This document shows positions 52,418 through 62,225 of a stretch of DNA of 64,000 nucleotides, piece by piece. The notes beneath the pieces are model-generated. The model was not told the DNA's origin. It ran no database searches and saw nothing but the letters and a program-made list of their open reading frames with translations. This DNA comes from an uncultured delta proteobacterium. GTDB taxonomy: Bacteria > Desulfobacterota > Desulfobacteria > Desulfobacterales > Desulfatirhabdiaceae. Numbering within the stretch: the stretch's first letter is position 1; each line of letters begins with the position of its first letter. The stretch is taken from assembly GCA_963789395.1 (NCBI GenBank), contig CAWBKP010000011.1, positions 64,001 to 128,000 of the forward strand. The letters are read 5' to 3'. Position numbers and translations under genes: made by a program.

Positions 52418-53357
52418 GTGACATGGAAAAGACCAGACAGGTTCAAAGAAATCTCCCCGGATCAACTCTTCACATGGCTGGAAACGCACAAGGAATTTTA
52501 TCTGATCGATACATTACCGAAAGAGCATTATCAAAAGCGGCATATCCCGAAAGCGAAAAACGCCTGCGTCTTTGAAGTCTCGTTCATGGAACAAATTGCA
52601 GGCATCGCAGCGGACAAAAATGCCGAGATCGTTCTCTATGGCTCCAGCATCCGATCGATGGACGCGCTGACGGCAGCGGAAAAGCTCGAACGTGCGGATA
52701 CCGAAACATCAGCATATTGACCGGCGGTAATCGAGGATTGGCAAACATCCGGCAGACAGCTTGAAGGCGCCTTTCCGGATGGATCCGGCATCCCCGGATA
52801 CCCTGCTTGAACTGGCGGACCGGAGTATATCGCGTGGATACGGATCAGAGCATCATCGAGTGGACCGGCAGGAATGCCAATACCCGGCATTTCGGCACAA
52901 TCGCGAATCAGCAGCGGAGCCGTCACGGTAAAAGACGGGGCCGATCAGCGGCACGTTTGACATCGACATGAATTCAATCAAAAACACAAATCTTGAAGGA
53001 AATGAACTGCAGCCGGTTTTGATTTCTCATCTGAACTCGGATGACTTCTTTTTCACCACAGGTTTTTCCCGCTGCCGGATTCAGCTTTTCAGGCGCAAAA
53101 TGGCTGAAGTTCCTTTTTTGACGATCTCCGAACTGCCAGATCAATGGAACGCTTGACACTGAAAGGCATAAAGGCGGATCTGCAATTTAGGCTACTGTAA
53201 CCCGGACGGCGGATAATGGGCTGGCGGCAGAGGCGCATTTTGACATTGACCGGACAAATGGCGGATCATCTATGGATCAGCCCGATTCTTCGAGCATCTT
53301 GGCATGCATTTGGTTTTCGATCTGATCAGTTTTCAAGTGAGAATCGTCGCTGTCTGA
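52418..53357 (+). CDS. Rhodanese-domain + YceI-domain fusion protein (several frameshifts)
   Basis: LIDTLP..HY..RHIPKAKN rhodanese start; later IEWTGRN, IDMNSI, HLNSDDFF and FDID YceI motifs. Confidence 0.7.
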
Positions 53358-54932
53358 CCGGAGGACATGAAACGGTCCCCTTCATTGCGCCTGCCGGCTG
53401 GAATGAAAGCGCGGAAAACCGGAGCTTTCTCGCACCTTCGACAGCGGTTCTCAACCCGATTGTTTGGATTTTTCCGCAGATCCTGGAGGGCAAAATCCGC
53501 CGGGTAAAAAGGGGAGAAAACAGGTACAGCAGCAGATACAACAGGCAGATATATCCCAGATACGGGCTGAATACCGCTACCAGCAGCAAGATGATACTGG
53601 TGCGCCTGAACCAGGTGCTCTGGTCCATGAACCGCCCGAGATGCAGATACCGCACCGGATAAATATTCATCGCCGCGGCAGCCAGCACCATGGCGGCAGT
53701 GGCGATATAGCCCCAGAAACGGATGGTATCCGGACTCTCCTGAACGGCCTGGCTGAACATAATCAGGGGGGCGGTCACCAGAAGCGCTGCCGCCGGTGTG
53801 GGCATTCCCTTGAAAAAGCCCGGAATGGGGGAAGTATCCAGGGTAAAATAAATCAATCGGGCGATCCCCATGACCCGCATAAATCAGGGCAACCCATAAA
53901 ACGGTCAGATCGGAGATGGCCGGAACATCCGATCGGGACAGGACCAGGTAATAAATCCAGGCCGGTACGATGCAAAAGCTGATCCCATCGGAAATATCGT
54001 CCAGAATCCCGCCCAGTTGAAATCGGGGCGGCTTTTCAGTTGCCTGCCGGCGGTTCGGTAAGCCCGAGTTTTCGGGCCATGGCGCCGTCCAGTTTATCGA
54101 AAATCGCAGCGCCTATCAACAGCAGATAGGCTTCCCGAACCCGTCCCTGATTGGCGAACCATACCGACAGCAGCCCCATGATGGCGTTCATCACCGTCAG
54201 CCCGTTCGGGAATGTGGACAAAATACTGCGCCGCAGTTTCTCGTTGCCCAGACACAACTCATCCAGGAAGGCAGCTCCATATTTGCGGCAGTATCTGGCG
54301 ATGGAGCCGAAATTGATCACCAGAAAAATGATTTCAATGACAAACAGTCCCTTCAACGGCAGGTTGCCCAGCCAGGAAATCCAGAAATACAAGCCTGGAA
54401 GGCGGGCCTTCAGGGATGTAAAAGGCGGTGGCATACAGCAGGGCGGCCACCGGCGCCGCAACAACCGTCCGCAGCCGGGTGAACTCGCTGTTTTCGGGTT
54501 CCGGTCCTTTTCCCTGGGTAAATCCGCGAATAAAATGGGCAAAACTGTCCCGGATCAATACGATGATGCATAAAAGCAGGATGAAAATAGCATGCAGACA
54601 GATCGGTTTTCTGGTAATCGGGCGTGATGTAAACCAGGCGCCACATCATTCCCACGGCTACCAGCGGGAAAATAATGGCGTATACCACCTTGTCCATGAT
54701 GCGATCGGCCAGATGCGCCAGGGTGGGATGGGGCTCGAAAGCGCGCGGCAAACCAGCCGTCCACCAGATCAAAGCCCATGGCAGTGAACAGAAAGAGAAC
54801 GCCCAGGGTATACAGAATCGGATTCTGGGTCCACATGACCGCAATGGCGCAACACAGCCCCCCGAAAACCAGTGGCGGTCTGCCGTATACCAGAATGGCG
54901 GTCACTTTTTTGGATATATGCAGTTTTTTCAT
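53326..54932 (-). CDS. CDP-alcohol phosphatidyltransferase with two CDP-AP domains (frameshifts; 3' end uncertain)
   Basis: DLVDGWFAAR...LADRIMDK and DKLDGAMARK...GGILDDISDG; C-terminal FFKGMPTPAA (PssA-like). Confidence 0.78.
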
Positions 54933-54992
54933 GAATTATCTTTTAGCGAAAACCGCCGCAGGTGTCAAGCAAGGATCAGAATAAAACGGCCA

Positions 54993-56545
54993 TTACCAGT
55001 CAATGGGCTGGTAGTCTTTCAGAAATTTCCCGCACCAATGGGTATTCGGTCAGAATCCCGTCAAAAAACGGATCGCAAATCCTGGCAGCGCCATCCACAA
55101 TGTCCAGGGGCGGCTGAAAATCATGCAGTTCCTGTTTCAAAGCGGCCAGCTTCGCCGGATCTTCATCCGTCACCCATCCGGTATCAACGGCATTCATGAA
55201 AATTCCGTCTCTGGCAAGGTCGTCGGCGGATGCATGCGTCAGCATGTTAAGGGCTGCCTTGGCCATATTGGTATGCGGATGGCGGCCTGTTGTCTTGTAA
55301 TCGGAAAAACTTTCCCTCCATGGCCGTAACATTCACGATATGTTTTTTTCCGGTATAATCGCGCCTCATCATCGGCACCAGCCGGTTGCATAGCACAAAC
55401 GGCGCCACGGCATTCACCAGCTGAATTTCAAGCATCTCGGCAGTCTGGATTTCGCCCAGCCGCAGACGCCAGCTGTTGGTTTCCCTTAAATCCACCTGCT
55501 GAAGATCGGCATCCAGCTTCACCTTTTGGGAAAACAGCTTCCGAAACCAGGCTGTGGTCGTAAGCATAAGGAATCTGAGACAGTTGCGCGGAGGCGCGCA
55601 GACCGATTCCGGGGGTTTTTCCGTTCCAGGCTACCGGAAGCGCCGTCTCCAGTCCGATATTCGGCACCGAAAATGAACCGAGTTGATTGATGCACAGATG
55701 ATACGTGTCCAAGAAGCGGACCGGACATTCTCCGGCAGCACATCAATGGCACTGGTTTCATTATCCATCAGATGCGCGTAAAAGCCTGGCGGCCTGCGAA
55801 CTGTCTGGGCCGCATTATTGATTAGAATATCCAGACGCTCATAGTTCTGTTCAATGAAACTGGAAAATATCTCTACGCTTGGCGTATGCCGCAAGTCCAG
55901 TCCATAAATATGCAGGCGGTCGCCCCACTCGGAAAAATCCTTTTCACCCGAAAAGCGCATCGCGGCATCCACGGGAAATCGGGTGGTTGCAATCACTCTG
56001 GCGCCTGCGCGGAGCATCATCAGCGTTGCCTGGTATCCGATTTTTACGCGGGCGCCGGTAATCAGCGCCACCTGCCCATGAAGCGATGCGGTCTGAAAGC
56101 GTTTTTGATAGTTGAACGCCGCACAACGCGGACACATGGCATCGTAGAAAAAATGAAGTTTTGTAAATTCCGCCTTGCAGACATAGCAATTTCGCGGGGA
56201 TTTTAACTCACGATTTTCTGAAACCAAATCCGATATTAAATCCGGAATCTGCTCCGGCGCGGAAAAAACACTGGCCTGCCGGGCACGGCGGATGCCCGTG
56301 GCGGCCCGAGCCATGCGCTCGTGCTGAACAACCGCCTGGCGTTGAACCCGGTTTTTTTCCTTGTTTCGCTTTTTTAGCTCGCGTCGATCCGGGCGGGAGA
56401 GCTGTCCGGCAGCAGTCATGAGCGCGATTCGCTGCGCTTCGGAAAGGTTGACAATCTGGCCGCTGTCTGCGGCCAGATTTTCAAGAAAAGAAATACATTT
56501 TTGTATTTCTTCCGGAGAGTACGCTGTTTCGTTGTCTTGGGTCAC
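54993..56545 (-). CDS. Long atypical SDR-family oxidoreductase with Cys4 N-terminal module (frameshifts)
   Basis: CYVC...[37 protein letters not shown]. Confidence 0.82.
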
Positions 56546-57088
56546 TGAGAATCACTTTACAGGCGGGATAGTCGCTGATTATGGGTTTTGCGGCAGACAC
56601 CGGCGACTTTGCCTTGGCATTGTAAATCTCGAGCCACCCCTTGAGGACTTCAATGTTCTTTTCCAAGCCAGGTGCTCCAGCGGCTTTTGCACCGGTTATA
56701 TCCCGCAACAGATCGGAATACGCACTGGCCAGCTCTTTTTCCTTAGCCAGCAGCACTTCACTTTGCGCCTGAACCCGTTTCTGAAAAAAGCTGCGCAGAA
56801 CCCCATGGCTTCATCCTGGGTCTTGAATGCAACGCCGGTGATGCCTTTTAAATCCAGCCCCTTTACAGAAAAGGGTTCCAGAGCACTGGAGCGCTGAGAA
56901 ACTACCCAACTGGAGCAAGGACCCCTCACCAGGAGGAGTTCTCCGCCCCGGACCGTAAAATAATAGCTTTTAGGCAGTATTGTAACTGATAAAATAATTG
57001 CAGCAATGATAATAATCATCGGCAGAATGATAACAATCTTCCTGCCAACAAGATGTTGCCGAAAAAACGGCAAACCGGATTCTTCCAT
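56481..57088 (-). CDS. Hypothetical single-TM protein (frameshift near 56760; 3' end uncertain)
   Basis: GGAGG RBS; hydrophobic N-terminal segment; two abutting ORFs. Confidence 0.55.
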
Positions 57089-57484
57089 GGATGCACCTCC
57101 ATTTTTTGGGTTTATGTTAAATCAATGTAAGTATGATTATACCAGAATTCATCCTATGTGGAAATAATTTATCAGCGCGTCAATCAGATACCCCCTACCC
57201 CCATACGGTATAGTATGCTAAGCAGAAGGATATTTTTCCAAAAAGCTGAAAGGTTTTCATTTTATAGATGCGACAGCCGTCATTTCCACACAAGAAATCT
57301 GAATATTGAATTTTCCGGAAGAGTCATCAAACAGGAGAATCACTCAGCCATCCTGCCAGCACAAAAACAAGCATCCTGATATGCCAAACCGCAAATGTCG
57401 TCCTCTCCAGATAGCAGCAAGCACCATGTTCGGGGTTATACTTATCCGCATCACATCGGCAATATTACTGCAGTTTCTCAGGCT

Positions 57485-57637
57485 TTATGAAGATTTCTCT
57501 GTTTCCGGCAAGGGAGAGGTATCCGCTTCAAGTGCTTCATTCTCCGTTGTCAGCTTACGCTGTCTTTTTTCTTCCTTCTTTCTTTTTTTTTCCAGCTCTC
57601 TTTGACGTTTATCGTGCTGATAATTGGGTTTTGGCAA
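57485..57637 (-). CDS. 50-aa basic small protein (TTG start; not in ORF track)
   Basis: AAGGAAG RBS; MPKPNYQHDKRQRELEKKRKKEEKRQRKLTTENEALEADTSPLPETEKSS. Confidence 0.7.
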   Translation of the reverse strand: MPKPNYQHDKRQRELEKKRKKEEKRQRKLTTENEALEADTSPLPETEKSS

Positions 57638-57916
57638 TTTATCTTCCTTTTTTTCTATAAAAACAGATACAATTTAATGGTTATTTGCAACCTTCGTTGT
57701 GCGCGTTCTGGGGATAGGGATTGCGGGAAAAAAGCACGACCATGACTGCTTTCGAATATCAAAATGATGCTATTGATTCCAATTTATGTGACCATCATCG
57801 TTGAGTTAACTTGTCATATATCGGAAAGTCCTTGAATATTCAACTTCTTTCCCTTTTAACACAGGATTTAATGCATTCTAGATTTTTGTTCATTTTATCA
57901 ATGATCAACAAATTAT

Positions 57917-57979
57917 TTGACAAAACACAGGAAATGGATATAAAACAACAATATATATTTGATTGAGCGCTCGTTCAGT
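57917..57979 (+). promoter_or_regulatory. Promoter and palindromic operator upstream of acyl-CoA synthetase
   Basis: TTGACA (57917-57922), TATAAA (57939-57944); imperfect palindrome TGAGCG-CT-CGTTCA (57964-57977). Confidence 0.5.
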
Positions 57980-58037
57980 ATGTGCATCAGCACACCGAAG
58001 ACATCTTGAACATCACTAACAACGGGAGAGTTTATTT

Positions 58038-59717
58038 ATGGAATTACCAAAATATGAAGTTGGCAAAACCACGATAGGCCAGCTGGTGGATATCGTGGCC
58101 GAACAGTTCGGAAACAGCAAGGCGCTGAAGTATCACAAATTGGGAATCGACTACGACTACAATCAGTTCAAATCGGTCTGCAATCAATCGGCCAAAGCCT
58201 TTATGGCATTGGGTATTCAAAAACACGAGCATATCGCGATATGGGCCAATAATGTTCCGGAATGGGTCCTGGCACAGTTCAGCACGGCCAAAATGGGGGC
58301 TGTGCTGGTTACGGTCAACACCAACTACCGGAGCTTCGAACTGGAATATCTGATGAAACAGTCCGATTCAACGACACTGATTCTGATCGGCGGTGTCCGG
58401 GAGCCGGATGAATATCTCAAAGTCGTTTATGATGTCTGCCCGGAGCTGAAAACCTGCGAACCCGGAAAACTGAAAAGTGCAAAGCTCCCCCTGCTCAAGA
58501 ACGTCATCTTTATCGGAAATGAAAGCCATCCCGGCATGTTCACCTGGAATGAGGTGATGGCCATGAGCAGCAAGATCAGCGATGCGGAGCTTTACGCACG
58601 GCAGAACTCCCTGGAGCCCGATGATGTCATCAACATGCAGTATACCTCCGGCACGACCGGATTTCCCAAAGGCGTTCAGTTGACGCACACGAACCTGATC
58701 GGAAACGCAAAGAGCCTGGCAGAGTGCATGGTACTGTCTTCCAAAGACACCATGTGCATTCCCGTTCCCTTTTTTCACTGTTTTGGCTGTGTTCTTGGCA
58801 CGCTGACCTGCGTGGTCTCAGCAACCTGCATGGCTCCGGTACAGGCATTTACAGCCGCAGCAGTACTGGAAACAGTTGAAGCATCACAATGCACGGCACT
58901 GCATGGGGTTCCGACCATGTTCATCGCCGAACTGGAAGAGTTAAAAAACAAGAAATACGACACCTCGCATCTGCGAACCGGAATCATGGCCGGTGCCCCC
59001 TGCCCCATAGAGGTGATGAAGCAGGTCGTCAGCATCATGGGCGCATCAGAAATGACCATTGTCTACGGACAAACCGAGGCGTCTCCGGGAATTACCCAGA
59101 CCCGCACCACGGACAGTCTTGAACTGCGGGTAAGTACGGTTGGAAGAGCGCTACCGAACGTGGAAGTCAAAATCGTGGATCCGGCAACGGGCATGGAAGT
59201 CCCCCGAGGCGTTCAGGGCGAACTCTGTACGCGCGGTTATCACGTCATGAAGGGGTATTATAACAATCCGGAAGGCACTGCCAGGGCCATAGACAAAGAC
59301 AAGTGGCTGCACACCGGCGACCTGGCAGTCATGGATGAAAACGGCTACTGCAAAATCACCGGCCGCATCAAGGACATGATCATTCGCGGCGGTGAAAATA
59401 TTTACCCGAGGGAAATCGAGGAATTTCTCTATACCCATTCCAAAATCAAGGATGTCCAGGTCATCGGCGTTCCCAGTAAAAAATACGGGGAGGAAGTGGT
59501 AGCCTATGTTCAGGTCAAGCCCGGTGAAAAAATATCCGAAGATGAACTGAGAACATTTTGCAAAGATAAAATTTCCTTTCATAAGATACCTGCATTTTTT
59601 TTCTTTGTTGAAGAATATCCGACAACCGCCAGCGGCAAGATCCAGAAATACAAGCTGCGGGAAAGCGCCACCAAAGATCTGAAGCGCGAAGAAGACGCAA
59701 ATATCCAGATGGCCTGA
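58038..59717 (+). CDS. AMP-dependent acyl-CoA synthetase
   Basis: YTSGTTGFPKG, YGQTE, HTGDL, GRIKDMIIRGGENIYPREIE, SGKIQK. Confidence 0.95.
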   Translation: MELPKYEVGKTTIGQLVDIVAEQFGNSKALKYHKLGIDYDYNQFKSVCNQSAKAFMALGIQKHEHIAIWANNVPEWVLAQFSTAKMGAVLVTVNTNYRSFELEYLMKQSDSTTLILIGGVREPDEYLKVVYDVCPELKTCEPGKLKSAKLPLLKNVIFIGNESHPGMFTWNEVMAMSSKISDAELYARQNSLEPDDVINMQYTSGTTGFPKGVQLTHTNLIGNAKSLAECMVLSSKDTMCIPVPFFHCFGCVLGTLTCVVSATCMAPVQAFTAAAVLETVEASQCTALHGVPTMFIAELEELKNKKYDTSHLRTGIMAGAPCPIEVMKQVVSIMGASEMTIVYGQTEASPGITQTRTTDSLELRVSTVGRALPNVEVKIVDPATGMEVPRGVQGELCTRGYHVMKGYYNNPEGTARAIDKDKWLHTGDLAVMDENGYCKITGRIKDMIIRGGENIYPREIEEFLYTHSKIKDVQVIGVPSKKYGEEVVAYVQVKPGEKISEDELRTFCKDKISFHKIPAFFFFVEEYPTTASGKIQKYKLRESATKDLKREEDANIQMA

Positions 59718-59726
59718 CAGTAACTG

Positions 59727-59757
59727 AACAGGGCGGCAAACGCTGCCGCCCTGTTTT
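59727..59757 (+). terminator. Intrinsic terminator
   Basis: AACAGGGCGGCA/TGCCGCCCTGTT stem with T tail, 9 bp after stop. Confidence 0.8.
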
Positions 59758-59873
59758 GCCTCAAAAACCTATCCATCCATTTCAGATCCGCCGAAATTCA
59801 TCTTATTTTACTTCCTTAAATGAATATGTGACCTGTGCCATCATCATTGCCCGTTTTTAAGGAGATTTATCTC

Positions 59874-61956
59874 ATGACAGAAAAAATTGAATGGATTAAG
59901 ACCCATTGTTCCCGCATGGATCATGGGGGATGTGGTATCCTTGTCGGCGTTTGCAACGGACGAATCGTTGACATCAAAGGGGATGCGGATGGCTTTTTGA
60001 ACCAGGGATATATCTGCACCAAGGGCCGACACGCGCATGAAAAACTCTATCATGCAAATCGGCTGAAAACGCCGCTTCAAAGAATCGGTGCCAGGGGAGA
60101 CGGCCAGTGGAAACCCGTATCCTGGGAAGAAGCCCTTGACGTGGTCAGCGAGAATTTATCCCGAATTCGGCAAACTCACGGCGCCAGGTCCGTTGCTTTT
60201 TGTCAGGGTATGCCAAAGGGCATGGAACATTTTGCACTGATTCGGCTGGCCCACACATTTGGCTCCCCGAACATTGTTGCGGTTCAGGATGTCTGTCACG
60301 CGCCCAGAGAGGTCAGCGGACTTCATACCTGCGGGTTTTATCCGGTTGCCGACTATCATCATCCCAGCCAGGTGATTCTGCTTTGGGGAAGCAATCCGCC
60401 GGACACAAACGAAGAGGGGGAAATCTCCAGCCTGCTCATGAAACAGCTTCGGGGAGAAACCGCACTGATAGTCGTGGATCCCCGGAGAACGCAGCTGGCT
60501 GAAAAAGCCGATTACTGGCTTCAGATCCGTCCGGGTACGGACGCGGCCCTGGCCTTGGCCTTTCTGCATGTCATCATTGAGGAAAATCTTTTTGATCACG
60601 CATTTGTTCAAGAATGGACAATCGGCTTTGATTTGCTGCAATCCCGCTGCAAAGCTTACGCACCGGAGACTGTCGCCCCCATCTGCGGCCTGGAACCCGG
60701 CCTGATCCGGAACAGCGCCCGGTGCTACGCCAAGGGCAGGCCTGCAGCCATCGGATGGGGCAATGCCATCGAGCAGCATATCACCACCTGGGACACGACC
60801 CGCGCATTGATCTGCCTGATGGCTGTCTGCGGAAACCTGGATGTGCCGGGCGGTAATATCCATGCTCTGGATCCTCCGGTACTGGGCCTGGCACAATTTG
60901 TCCGGGCCGATCTGGTTCCGGATAAAATCAAGGAAATGATTCACGCGCATTTTGGAACCGTGCCCAGACTGATGACCGTTCCATCCGCCTATTTCAGGCG
61001 AGCTGTGCTGGATGAAACCCCTTATCCGGTAAAAGGCGCCTATATGCAGTGCACCAATCCCCTGATGGGATATGCGGACGCCAATATGACCTACCAGGCA
61101 CTGGCCAAGCTTGATTTTTTGGCTGTTTCCGATGTCTTCATGACGCCCACTGCGGCAATGGCCGATATCGTGCTGCCGGCAGCCACCCAGTTCGAATTTA
61201 ATGACATCGGACATTACGGACTCGGTCATGGCATTGTCCTGGCCAGAAAAAAGATCGTGGACCCCCCGCAGAACTGCTGGCCGGACATTCGCATCATCAA
61301 TGAAATCGGCAAAAGGCTGACTCGTCCCGAATACTGGTTTGATGACGAAAATGCCATGCTGGAAGCCGTTCTGAAGCCATCGGGACTGTCATTTGAGGCA
61401 TTTTGCACAAAAAGGATATCTGAAAGGACCTGAAGCATTTTAAAAATACGCGGGAACCGGTTTCAAGACCACATCCAAAAAAGTGGAGCTGAACTTGCAA
61501 CATGCTGAAAAATGGGGACTTTCCCCGCTTCCGGAATTTTCGCAGCAACCGCCTGACGCATCTTATCCGCTGTTTTTGACCAGCGCCAAGAGTCCCAATT
61601 ATCTGCATTCCGCCTACCGGTGGATGGACAGCCTCAGGCAAAAGGAACCCGCGCCGATTTGTCAAATCCATCCCCTTACCGCGGAAAATGCCGGAATCTG
61701 CGAAGGAGATGATGTTAAGGTTGAAACCTTTTATGGTGATATGATTCAGACGGCCCATATCACTGACCGAATCCGTCCGGAAGTAATTATAGCCGCATAT
61801 GGATGGTGGTTTCCAGACGAAGATCCCTCCCTCGATAAATCCTGGGTGCGTGCCAATTACAACATGCTGACCCATGTACAGGAACTGGGAAAAGCGTTTG
61901 GTACGCCGACACTGAAGGGAATCCCCTGCCGGATTCAAAAGGCCTCAAAAGCTTGA
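59874..61956 (+). CDS. Molybdopterin (bis-PGD) oxidoreductase, DMSO-reductase superfamily, acetylene-hydratase-like group (frameshift near 61420)
   Basis: CSRMDHGGC...CTKG, RLKTPL, VSWEEALD, FGSPN...VCH, IRPGTDAAL, TAAMADIVLPAA, IHP..AE..GI. Confidence 0.88.
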
Positions 61957-62225
61957 AAACGCAAATTTGCTGCTGAACCGATGACAGACTTGCGCCTGTT
62001 TGACACGGCGTGCGCAAATGAATTATGATACAAGTCAAAGAAGCAGATTCAGAAAACTTTTCTGCCATTGCATTTTGAAATGGGATCTTTTTTTGCTATA
62101 TGATGTCGACCCCCGGCAGTTTCAGATCAATTATCAGCATGTTTTTATTAAAGTTTGGCCGCAAGCGGCCGATACTGATTAAAAGGTCTTTTTTCTTGTT
62201 TTCACTGTTTTGAGGTATCAGACTG

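Noticed and set aside
60156..61229. 357-aa antisense ORF, and similar shadow ORFs such as 256..1011, 8224..9066 and 23712..24419
   Set aside because: They lie opposite well-supported genes and have no recognisable motifs.
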